From Acaryochloris thomasi RCC1774 (GTDB lineage Bacteria > Cyanobacteriota > Cyanobacteriia > Thermosynechococcales > Thermosynechococcaceae), in the NCBI RefSeq assembly GCF_003231495.1, contig NZ_PQWO01000015.1:1-32000 (forward strand): a stretch of DNA of 32,000 nucleotides, given 5' to 3'. Shown here in pieces: positions 16,907 to 26,585 of the stretch (position 1 is its first letter; every line of letters begins with the position of its first letter). Both the position numbers and the translations under genes were made by a program. The notes beneath the pieces are model-generated. The model was not told where the DNA came from. It saw nothing but the letters and a program-made list of their open reading frames with translations, and made no database searches.

Positions 16907-17830
16907 TTAGCGATCATTGGTAATATCCTGAGCGATCTGGGCTGCAATTCCGGGCAAACATGCCAAGGTCTTGGGGCGTCTGAGCTGGAAAAGGGGACAG
17001 GCTTGGGCAAGCGCCGCACATTGAGAAAAATGCGCGCTATCTCGAGCAGGCAAGATGACTTTGAGACCAGCAAATCGCAGGAGTTCGATGACGGCTTTTT
17101 GCGGTGATAGAGGGGTGATGCTCAACTGTGGGTCGGTGCTGAGAATAAAAATACGGTCGAGTTTTTGGGGTTCACAGACGGGTGGATCGATTCTGTAGAG
17201 ATGTTTTTCAGACAGCAAGGGCTGTGAAGGCGCTTTGATCTTGAGTGCTTGGGCCATCTGAGGATTGAGCTTGATAGGAGTACCTGCGATCGCAACTCTG
17301 ATTGGCGTAGATAAATCAATCACCGTCAGATCATCGGTGAGCAGTAGGTGGCCTTGGGCATGGAGCGCTGCCGCCATCGAGGACTTACCCTCACCAGAAT
17401 CGGCAAGAAAGACCACGGCTTTACCTGCGATACTGACGGCGCTGCCGTGGAGCACCAATCGCCCCCTTTGATAGCAGATCAGGGCCATCACAATGCCGGT
17501 AATCGCTTGGCGAATCCCTTCTGGCGAGGCGTCGGGCACTGGGATAACGGTGACCTGAATACCGCTCTGCAGCAAAAAAACGCCCACACCTTTGAGATAC
17601 ACCACGGCCGAATCGGGTGTTACCTGAAAGCCCAGGGGCTGCGGCAGCAGTTCCTCAGGAATGTGATCGCGGTAATCTCCTTCTTGGAGCCGAATCGTAA
17701 CGGGGTTCGCTTCAGGTATCTCGGCTGTGGAGAGTTCAGGAAAAGGGATATCAGAAAGAAGCGTCAACCCAAAGGCCGTGTGGACGTGCTGTTGAGCTGG
17801 CAATGGGTGCGTCAAATTGCGGGGTGACAC
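16907..17830 (-). CDS. HPr-kinase-related P-loop protein (HprK C-terminal-domain-like)
   Basis: 307 aa. 'LHGSAVSIAGKAVVFLADSGEGKSSMAAAL' matches the HprK-type 'hG..v...g.gvli.G.SG.GKS' nucleotide loop. The N-terminus 'AFGLTLLSDIPFPEL' is typical of HprK-related kinases found in RiPP/exosortase neighbourhoods. GTG start. Confidence 0.75.
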   Translation of the reverse strand: MSPRNLTHPLPAQQHVHTAFGLTLLSDIPFPELSTAEIPEANPVTIRLQEGDYRDHIPEELLPQPLGFQVTPDSAVVYLKGVGVFLLQSGIQVTVIPVPDASPEGIRQAITGIVMALICYQRGRLVLHGSAVSIAGKAVVFLADSGEGKSSMAAALHAQGHLLLTDDLTVIDLSTPIRVAIAGTPIKLNPQMAQALKIKAPSQPLLSEKHLYRIDPPVCEPQKLDRIFILSTDPQLSITPLSPQKAVIELLRFAGLKVILPARDSAHFSQCAALAQACPLFQLRRPKTLACLPGIAAQIAQDITNDR

Positions 17831-17960
17831 GCTGTTCGGCTTCCGATACGAGAGATGGCGGGTGAATTGCGCCCCAATCTTAACTCATGGATCCAGAAAC
17901 AGGAAGGTTCAGGCCACATGGGTGTGAGAGATGAACGCTGAGCCTGAGAGTCTCCCGATA

Positions 17961-20000
<2,040 letters not shown>

Positions 20001-20047
20001 TCAAGGGTTCGTTGTCGCTTGTAGACTCATCTGCACAGACCGTTATA

Positions 20048-20347
20048 CTACGCATCCGTGGCGGGTTCAGTACCAGATGAATTGCCGCCATAGCTGAAGA
20101 AAGCCAGAAATGCGATCGCAAAGTCCAGGCTTGCCGGTCCCAGCAGCCCGACAATAGACTGAATACTGCCGTACTTTTCGGTATAGACATACAGGCCAAT
20201 ATTGGCAATCCCGAACAAAAACCAGGTGAGCCAACTGACCCCTGCGGCGGACCGACGCTTGAAAATATCTGTGAGCTGAATCAGCGTCGCCATCGGAATA
20301 ATGACGGCGGGTAGCCAACCCGACAAACTCACAACCGTTGCATTCAT
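20048..20347 (-). CDS. Small 3-TM membrane protein, PQ-loop/SemiSWEET-like
   Basis: 99 aa with three hydrophobic helices. The pattern 'IIPMATLIQLTDIFKRRSAAGVSWLTWFLFGIANIGLYVY' resembles the PQ-loop repeat, with PQ replaced by LIQ. I preferred it to the overlapping frame 20067-20360, which has no membrane or domain character. Confidence 0.45.
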   Translation of the reverse strand: MNATVVSLSGWLPAVIIPMATLIQLTDIFKRRSAAGVSWLTWFLFGIANIGLYVYTEKYGSIQSIVGLLGPASLDFAIAFLAFFSYGGNSSGTEPATDA

Positions 20348-20481
20348 ATCCAGTACTCATAGAGGTGATCTGCCCACTGCCTAGTGTCGCTCAAGATCTC
20401 TGCGGTGACTAGTCCCTTGGCCCTTTGAGCTGTGGGGACTTTATAAGGGGGTCCGGCCAGCGCAACTCGAAAGGAGAAGCG

Positions 20482-20541
20482 ATGCTAATGGCGTTCGCGA
20501 CCTCCGTCATTCACCCCAACAAGCTTAGTGACACTCGATAA
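20482..20541 (+). CDS. Candidate 19-aa small ORF (MLMAFATSVIHPNKLSDTR), speculative
   Basis: ATG at 20482 is preceded by AAGGAG (20471-20476) with a 5-nt spacer. The stop lies inside a perfect 9-bp hairpin (20527-20550), and a U8 terminator follows at 20611-20660. There is no homology evidence. Confidence 0.25.
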   Translation: MLMAFATSVIHPNKLSDTR

Positions 20542-20610
20542 AGTGTCACTACCTCGACAGACACCGGGAAGCAGCAGGGTATTGTTTAGCTCGTGAGGAG
20601 TGATTCAAAC

Positions 20611-20660
20611 AAAAAGCCCCGGGAGTCGAAACAAGGAAAGACGTCCTAGGGCTTTTTTTT
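20611..20660. terminator. Bidirectional intrinsic terminator-like hairpin
   Basis: AAAAA-GCCCC...GGGC-TTTTTTTT. Stem segments are 20616-20619/20649-20652, 20621-20624/20644-20647 and 20625-20627/20640-20642, with a 12-nt loop. It is flanked by an A-run upstream and a T8 run downstream, so it reads as hairpin plus U-tract on both strands. Confidence 0.55.
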
Positions 20661-20717
20661 ATTGGTGCATTTAGAGACCTCACCGGTCTTCGCCGAAATC
20701 TCATCCTTTCTGTACCC

Positions 20718-21152
20718 ATGAGCCTCGTTCCTGAAGTTCGGCTTGCAAATGAAACCGACAGCGTCTCTATTGCAAATCTCCTTAGCACTTTGGGATACCC
20801 CTGTTCAGATACGGCTGTCCGTCGTCGGTTGGCAAAGCTTGTGGCAGGCAGTTCAGTTACGTTCGTCGCGGTTTCGGACTCTCGCATTATTGGTTTAGTC
20901 TCTGCACACAAAGTTCCTCTGCTGCATGAGGATGGTTGTGCCGCAATCATGACCTCATTGGTCGTTGACCAAAGGTCCCGCAGCAAAGGCGTTGGACGCT
21001 GCTTAGTCAACAATATTATGAGTTGGGCAGGAAAAGCAGATTGCCTAAAACTGACCGTAACAAGTTCCCTTTGTCGTGATCAGGCTCATTCATTCTATCG
21101 ACACATAGGGTTTGACCAAAACGGTTACCGCTTCACAATGAGGCTTGAATAG
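20718..21152 (+). CDS. GNAT family N-acetyltransferase
   Basis: 144 aa. Acetyl-CoA-binding motif A 'LVVDQRSRSKGVGRCLV' (Q/R-x-x-G-x-G/A) and the C-terminal 'AHSFYRHIGF'. Confidence 0.85.
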   Translation: MSLVPEVRLANETDSVSIANLLSTLGYPCSDTAVRRRLAKLVAGSSVTFVAVSDSRIIGLVSAHKVPLLHEDGCAAIMTSLVVDQRSRSKGVGRCLVNNIMSWAGKADCLKLTVTSSLCRDQAHSFYRHIGFDQNGYRFTMRLE

Positions 21153-21357
21153 CATGGAGTCACTACGCTTGGCGCATAGGATTTTCCTGCAGGTAAGCGT
21201 CATGCTCTATCAATGAACCATGGGTGACATCGTCTTGCCAATCCAAGGATATATTTCCACTTAAGTCCCCTGTCACGTTTGGAACTTTCCCTTTGGGCCA
21301 CTGGTCTCAAAAGCTACCAACACGCCAATCCCACGGCGTCGCATTGAGGAGATCCCC

Positions 21358-22011
21358 ATGACACAACCGCGACTAACAACCCAGGCCGGACTTGCAACCT
21401 TAATCGCCCTAGGACTGAGCGCCGGCAGTTTGACACCGCTCCTAGCACCGCAGCCCGCTACCGCACAAATTTTCCGTCGTTCCGATGGTCGGCTCAAGAT
21501 TGCAGAGGGAACGAAGATCCGAACCACTCGTTCAGGCGCTAAGCGCATTATCATCAACCCGGACGAAAGCATGCCCATCTCACTGACCACGACCCAAGCG
21601 GTCCGCTCCAGAAGAGGCACTGTTGTGATCCCACGCGGCAGCACCATCAGAGGAAAGTTGGCACCTCGACGAGGCGGCACTCAGTTTATTGCCGACTCCT
21701 TGATCCTTAAAGACGGAGGACGGTTCAACATTAGGGCTAATTCTGACGTTATTACCCGCACCAGAGAAGTTGATAGAGGTCGCCGAACCGATCCCATCTG
21801 GCAGGGTGCGCTTGTCGGGGGAGCCGCCACCGCTGCAATCTCTGAGATCTTTGGTGAAGCCGGTATCTTCAAAGTGCTGGCGGGTTCAGGTGCAGGTGCT
21901 TTGGGCGGATTTCTCTTAGGCGGTCGGGATAAGGCTGAAGTCAGGGTGATAGACCCACAAACCGACCTAGATTTGACTTTAAGGTCTGATTTATTCCTGA
22001 GTCGTTCCTAA
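21358..22011 (+). CDS. Secreted hypothetical protein with C-terminal glycine-zipper segment
   Basis: GAGGAG lies 6 nt upstream of the ATG. The signal peptide is 'LATLIALGLSAGSLTPLLAPQPATAQ', followed by an R/T-rich middle and a C-terminal 'GALVGGAATAAISEIFGEAGIFKVLAGSGAGALGGFLLGG'. Confidence 0.6.
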   Translation: MTQPRLTTQAGLATLIALGLSAGSLTPLLAPQPATAQIFRRSDGRLKIAEGTKIRTTRSGAKRIIINPDESMPISLTTTQAVRSRRGTVVIPRGSTIRGKLAPRRGGTQFIADSLILKDGGRFNIRANSDVITRTREVDRGRRTDPIWQGALVGGAATAAISEIFGEAGIFKVLAGSGAGALGGFLLGGRDKAEVRVIDPQTDLDLTLRSDLFLSRS

Positions 22012-22508
22012 TGGGCGGCGAGATTCGCATCGGCTTGGCAGGCTTCTACGAGACGGAGATCGTTATCGCTGACCTCACCGATGGGGTGATAAGAATTAAG
22101 GCTCACAGTATGTCTGTAAACCTGCTGCTCATAGCCCATGACCGTCAGCTCTAACTGCTTGGCCTTGAGATCGCCGCGAAAACAGTCAAAGGAGGACTGA
22201 GGCATATAGAACGCGCCAATCACTCGCTGGTTTCGAACTCGGAAGACAAAATATTCTGTCTGTGCCTGTTCTGGCTTCTGAGTTCTGCCATACAGGTAAG
22301 TCCCATCTTGCAGACTGGGCTGGGCCTTCAAAGAAACCGCAACGGCGCTGCTTTCTTGCTGTTGCCATTCGGGCTGTTGAGCCTGAACCTCAGCCCCCTG
22401 CATGCTCAATCCAGCACCACTGAATAGAGCAAGCCACAGTATCTTCTTACAGAGAGAGGCTGAGAGAAATAACCGGGCTTTGCCAATATGTAAATGTGGA
22501 ACCAACAT
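22008..22508 (-). CDS. Secreted hypothetical protein
   Basis: 166 aa with an N-terminal signal-like 'ILWLALFSGAGLSMQGAEVQA'. No recognisable domain. Its stop codon overlaps the stop of the convergent gene 21358-22011. Confidence 0.5.
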   Translation of the reverse strand: MLVPHLHIGKARLFLSASLCKKILWLALFSGAGLSMQGAEVQAQQPEWQQQESSAVAVSLKAQPSLQDGTYLYGRTQKPEQAQTEYFVFRVRNQRVIGAFYMPQSSFDCFRGDLKAKQLELTVMGYEQQVYRHTVSLNSYHPIGEVSDNDLRLVEACQADANLAAH

Positions 22509-22828
22509 GTCTCAAACCGCCAAACGGTAAATCATCAGAACCTAAGGCAAAACGCGGATCCTATCTCAACCTCATCTCAGCTCTATACCTCTGTTATAGC
22601 CTTGAAAAATTAAATAAACGAGATACGAAAGGAATCAAAGCTGTAATGGCTCTGTTCTCTCATTCTCTCTGGTTAACAGTGTGTTCCAGGTGAGATCGTT
22701 ACAATTTCTCAAATCTTGATAAAAAGCTTCGCATTTTGGCTCGATTTATTGCCTTGAGTGTGTGTTTATCTTAGCTTTGACGCTTTTATCAATGCTTCTT
22801 CCCTAAGATATATTTTTCTTTTTTCAAC

Positions 22829-23566
22829 TTATATTCTTTGCTCTGTTTTTTGCAGCGGAGAGAGGGGGCGATACCACCTTGCAAGATGGTGAGGACTGAC
22901 CCCCAGATAGTAGAGCGATAGCAAAATCCAGTTCCTGAGGGTGCAGAACAAGATCCCTTCTTGTTCCCAGCGCCGTGCCGATACGGAGACGCGATCGCAA
23001 ATCAAAGCAATCGGCAGCCGCTGGCGTTTGAGCCGTCGCATCAGATCTACGTCTTCCAGAATCGGGAAATCAGGGTAGCCCCCCAGAGCATGAAAGGTCG
23101 TACGGGCGATAAAGATCGCCTGATCACCGTAAGGAAGACGCGTCAGGCGCGTGCGCAAACTGGCCCCACGACTGATCCACCCCAAAATCCAGCGAGGAGA
23201 ATCGATAGAAAAATCGAAGGCTCCAGCGACCGCCTTCGTCTTTTCGATGGTGTATACAATTTTCTGCAGTGCTTGGGATGGCAGCCTTGTATCAGCATGG
23301 AGAAATAGTAGAATGCGGCCCTGGGCACATTCTGCTCCAGCGTTCATTTGATGACCTCGTCCAGCCTTAGCCACAACACCCACAGTACCCTGCGGAAGAT
23401 ATTGCAGCGTCGATCCTTGAGGATCACCATCAACCACAATGACTTCATAGGCGATCGAGCCTGCGATTGCGGCGATCTGCTCTAAGGTACGTGCGATGGT
23501 GACCCCCTCATGGAGAACCGGAACAATCACAGAAATATCAGGTGCGACAACGCTCGAAGATGTCAT
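22829..23566 (-). CDS. Family-2 glycosyltransferase, TIGR04283-type (rSAM/selenodomain- or arsenosugar-associated transferase 2)
   Basis: 'ISVIVPVLHE...YEVIVVDGDPQGST', 'GRGHQMNAGAECAQGRILLFLHADTRLP', 'LPYGDQAIFIARTTFHALGGYPDFPILEDVDLMRRL' and 'VSARRWEQEG...NWILLSLYYLGVSPHHLARWY' match my memory of this family's conserved blocks. Confidence 0.8.
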   Translation of the reverse strand: MTSSSVVAPDISVIVPVLHEGVTIARTLEQIAAIAGSIAYEVIVVDGDPQGSTLQYLPQGTVGVVAKAGRGHQMNAGAECAQGRILLFLHADTRLPSQALQKIVYTIEKTKAVAGAFDFSIDSPRWILGWISRGASLRTRLTRLPYGDQAIFIARTTFHALGGYPDFPILEDVDLMRRLKRQRLPIALICDRVSVSARRWEQEGILFCTLRNWILLSLYYLGVSPHHLARWYRPLSPLQKTEQRI

Positions 23567-24263
23567 GCTGATGTCGACTTAGATACGCCATGCTCTGGGA
23601 CTGCTGGCCCTGCTGATTCTGCTGGTAGAACCGCTGCAGTTCATTTAGGGTATCGATATCATACCAAGTGGGCAGCTCATAGATAGGCCGAGCATGGTGT
23701 TCAAGGATTCTTAGGGTTTGTGATCGCACCTTCTCCGTGCTCCACTCAATCCCCTGAAACACCTGCGGGCAATAATTTTCAGCAGTGAAACCAAGGGCAT
23801 AGTAGCCCCCATCCTCACTGGGGCCTAAAACCACCTGCCCCGCCGCTAGCTGCTCAAGCGCTGTCTGCAGGTAGTTCAGGGGCAGATCGGGACTATCGCT
23901 GCCAACGATTAAAGCCTGCTCATATCCCAACTCAAAGCAGCGGTTGAAAGCATGGGACATGCGATCGCCCAACGCCTTCCCCTGCTGCGGATAATATTGC
24001 TGCCCCTTCAACCACTCAGCAATCTGGAGCCGAGCGTCATCGGGGGCAAAAAAGATCAGGGGTATTACAGGGAGCTGACAAAGGGTTACCAGCACGTCCT
24101 GGGCAAAGTAGGTATATAGCTCAGCCGCGCGTTCGTTGCCAATCGTTTTTCCTAAACGCGTTTTCACTTTGCCTGGGTAGGGCGCTTTGACAAACATCAG
24201 TACGCAGGCTTTTCCCTGCACTGGCAAGCTAGCGCTTATGCTCTGTGTCGAAAGATCGTTCAT
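23538..24263 (-). CDS. DUF2064 / TIGR04282-type transferase (rSAM/selenodomain- or arsenosugar-associated transferase 1)
   Basis: 'CVLMFVKAPYPGKVKTRLGKTIG...AAELY', 'LIVGSDSPDLP', 'VVLGPSEDGGYYALGF' and 'FQGIEWSTEKV' are the conserved DUF2064 blocks. It overlaps the downstream GT2 gene by 29 nt. Confidence 0.8.
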   Translation of the reverse strand: MNDLSTQSISASLPVQGKACVLMFVKAPYPGKVKTRLGKTIGNERAAELYTYFAQDVLVTLCQLPVIPLIFFAPDDARLQIAEWLKGQQYYPQQGKALGDRMSHAFNRCFELGYEQALIVGSDSPDLPLNYLQTALEQLAAGQVVLGPSEDGGYYALGFTAENYCPQVFQGIEWSTEKVRSQTLRILEHHARPIYELPTWYDIDTLNELQRFYQQNQQGQQSQSMAYLSRHQHDIFERCRT

Positions 24264-24445
24264 ACCCTATATTTTCCTACAGCGTCCCACAACGGCAGCG
24301 TTTAACCCCCAGCTCAGTGGAACCAATTTAGAGACGCAAGACAAGTTGACTCAGGAACCTGATGCTCAGGAACAACGTCCAGCTATCAAAGTGCCATAGT
24401 CGCTTCTCACTCCATCTTAATAATCCTTAGTTAGGAGATTAACCG

Positions 24446-24844
24446 ATGCCAAGCACATGGACTCAAAAGCTTATCCCCAGCTGTTTAACCGCAGCCGTCG
24501 CTTCTGTCGCATTATTCCCAATCCAGCCTGCAGCCGCTGTCCCTGATATCTTGCGGGATATCGGAGTAGGCGCAGGAACAAATGTTGTGACCGGCGCAGT
24601 AACCCGTGATGGTTCCGCTGCGGGGAATGCCGTAGGGGGGGCTGCCTCAGGCGCAGCCGTCAACGCAACTCGTAGAGCCACAGGCGCACGACGCAACCGG
24701 AATTCAACCGGTGGCTTAGCCCGTGATGCAGCCGTTGGCGCTGCCGCAAACACCGTTACCGGTGAAATCACCAATAACGGCTCCACCGTCGGCAATATCG
24801 TTCGAGGTGCAGCCACAGGTGTTCTCATCAATATCCTCGATTAG
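24446..24844 (+). CDS. Secreted Gly/Ala/Thr-rich repeat protein (glycine-zipper-like)
   Basis: Signal peptide 'LIPSCLTAAVASVALFPIQPAAA', then two related modules of about 40 aa: 'GAGTNVVTGAVTRDGSAAGNAVGGAASGAAVNA' and 'GAAANTVTGEITNNGSTVGNIVRGAATGVLINI'. AGGAG lies upstream of the ATG. The antisense frame is open only as a by-product of the composition. Confidence 0.6.
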   Translation: MPSTWTQKLIPSCLTAAVASVALFPIQPAAAVPDILRDIGVGAGTNVVTGAVTRDGSAAGNAVGGAASGAAVNATRRATGARRNRNSTGGLARDAAVGAAANTVTGEITNNGSTVGNIVRGAATGVLINILD

Positions 24845-24961
24845 TCATCTATCAAGACTCTTATAGGATCCAGGTCTGCAGATTCATGAGGGGCAGCAGG
24901 CAATCGACAAGCTTTCCATGCATCAATTGCCTGTTGCTGTCTCTGCTTCAAAACGTAGCGA

Positions 24962-26326
24962 TTAGGGTAGCCAACTCCCTAATAACTCTTGCAGCATTAC
25001 CATCGCCTCTGCACGCGACTGCCCAGTATTGTCTTGATGACGCTGCCAGAACTTATTCCACCAATCTTCAGGCTGCTGTTTCGGTCCTTCATATTCAGTG
25101 GGGCGTCCTGTCTCACCTTCAACCACCAAACTACCCACATAATCGGCATCTTCGTAGACACGGGCAATCTGCTGATGAATCGCCTTCATATCAGTTTCTG
25201 AGACAGCCCCATTACTGGTCGCCTTATAGAACTGAACGGTTACCCGAATGGGCAACTTAGGGTCTCGCTCAATCTCAAGGGCATCAATTTCAGTAAACGG
25301 CCCTTCCACCTCACCGTGGCCAATCACAGCGGCTTCAACGTCGCTCCTCTTTTCAAACGCAGCATCCTCTTCAGGCGCACCGACTGCCAGCGGTAGAAGC
25401 TCTTGGTCACCAAACGTCAGCGGCTGCTTTTGCTTCAGCGGCACTTGAATCAGCATCACTAGGTTGAGTCCTTTCTCTTCTGCTGCCTCAGACGCACTCG
25501 CCGACGATCTACCGGTATTAGGCTGAAAATCGCTAGCTCTCTCCCCTGTAAGACTGGCCCGCTCGCCATTTTGATTGAAAAACAAACGCTGGCCCCAGTT
25601 TTGTCCGGCTTCAAAAGCATCCCGCTTATTATCAATAACCGTCACGCTGGTGCCTTCTCGCGTAGCTAAAATAGTTAATACCGCCGGGTCGCCCTCATAG
25701 GATTGGTAATTGAACAGCACCGGATTAAACTCCGCCTTCCCAGCCTTGGGAATCGGTAGAAAACTAGCTTGAGCGCTCACTAAAACATGACTATCGCGCT
25801 CCGCCAGCAGCGACTTCTGCGATCCTTTCCAAGATCCAGGCTTGCTGAGATACTGGCGCAAATTTTGCAGAACCTTGCGCAGCGGTACGCGCTGCAGTGA
25901 CTCTCCTTTTTGATTGCCGACCTTAACCGCAAAATTGTCGAGCCGTACGTCAGCAGACTGATCTGAGAAATTAGGATAGCGAATTACTGGCATCAGATGG
26001 ACTTGGTAATCCTCAGCATTTTCAGCCCGATGCTGTACCTGAATCGTCATGTCGCTAATATTAGGCCCCACTGCAGAGTTCTTATAGCGCCCCGTATCTT
26101 CCCATGTCAGACTGAGAATCTCTAAACCTTGCTGCCGTGCAAGCGATTGAGCCTGTGAATTGGACACCATCGCTGCAGTTTCTTCAATGACGCGCTGATA
26201 GCTAGACGACTGAGGATCCTGCTGCCGCTTCGAGGAATTACCTGTAATCTCCTGCGGAACAGCAGAGGCGGCGGATAGGCCCAGCGGCAAACTGAGCGCC
26301 GTTAACAGCAGAACAGAGATACGCAT
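24962..26326 (-). CDS. Secreted hypothetical protein (454 aa)
   Basis: Clear signal peptide 'MRISVLLLTALSLPLGLSAASA'. The rest is a long uninterrupted ORF with no domain I can name. Confidence 0.7.
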   Translation of the reverse strand: MRISVLLLTALSLPLGLSAASAVPQEITGNSSKRQQDPQSSSYQRVIEETAAMVSNSQAQSLARQQGLEILSLTWEDTGRYKNSAVGPNISDMTIQVQHRAENAEDYQVHLMPVIRYPNFSDQSADVRLDNFAVKVGNQKGESLQRVPLRKVLQNLRQYLSKPGSWKGSQKSLLAERDSHVLVSAQASFLPIPKAGKAEFNPVLFNYQSYEGDPAVLTILATREGTSVTVIDNKRDAFEAGQNWGQRLFFNQNGERASLTGERASDFQPNTGRSSASASEAAEEKGLNLVMLIQVPLKQKQPLTFGDQELLPLAVGAPEEDAAFEKRSDVEAAVIGHGEVEGPFTEIDALEIERDPKLPIRVTVQFYKATSNGAVSETDMKAIHQQIARVYEDADYVGSLVVEGETGRPTEYEGPKQQPEDWWNKFWQRHQDNTGQSRAEAMVMLQELLGSWLP

Positions 26327-26585
26327 AGATAGCCCTCACCAATGAAAAGGAACAGCAGAGACAGCGGACTGATTAAGTGCTGACTCTTTCTCAAGCTAAT
26401 CAAACTTTTGGGGTGTAGAGGCCAACGTTTCAGATTTGGTAACCAGCACTCAACGGAGGTCTACAGGAATAGAGCGGCGATAACCTTTACGATAAAATTA
26501 GTTTCTTGTTGTCTGTTGAGTCGTTAGAACGGTTTAAATAAAGAAATGGCGTCCCCGCCAGTCCTAATCGGAACCTATAAACAAA

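Noticed and set aside
12117-17830. Calling the PqqD/B2/ABC/kinase block a canonical lasso-peptide biosynthetic gene cluster
   Set aside because: No asparagine-synthetase-like cyclase ORF exists anywhere in the window. No mini-ORF has a normal lasso leader (long leader, Thr at -2). I reported it instead as an atypical, cyclase-less cassette.
20067-20360. 97-aa ORF overlapping 20048-20347 in another frame
   Set aside because: It is Arg/Cys-rich with no hydrophobic helices. The alternative frame gives a coherent 3-TM protein.
20555-20582. SRP (4.5S/ffs) RNA-like string CCGGGAAGCAGCAGGG
   Set aside because: The flanks cannot form the conserved domain-IV helix (no GNRA-capped CC/GG closing pairs and no symmetric-loop complement), so this is a chance resemblance.
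20585-20605. Yfr1-like sRNA: the minus strand reads ...AAUCACUCCUCACGAG..., close to the conserved Yfr1 ACUCCUCACAC box
   Set aside because: On the minus strand the hairpin plus U-tract lies upstream of the box rather than downstream. The downstream hairpin (20527-20550) has no U-tail, and the last two box positions differ. The architecture does not fit Yfr1.
20549-21680. Minus-strand ORFs 20549-21013 and 21273-21680
   Set aside because: They are antisense to the GNAT gene and to the secreted-protein gene, both of which have motifs or an RBS. The translations are Arg/Ser/Pro-rich and low-complexity, typical of shadow ORFs.
22496-22693. 65-aa plus-strand ORF in the AT-rich spacer 22509-22828
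   Set aside because: It starts inside the divergent gene's 5' end, has no RBS, and its composition looks like translated intergenic DNA. The spacer is more likely a promoter/terminator region.
24463-24831. 122-aa minus-strand ORF mirroring the Gly-rich gene
   Set aside because: It is a shadow frame created by GC-rich Gly/Ala/Thr codons. The plus-strand frame has the signal peptide, the AGGAG and the internal repeat structure.
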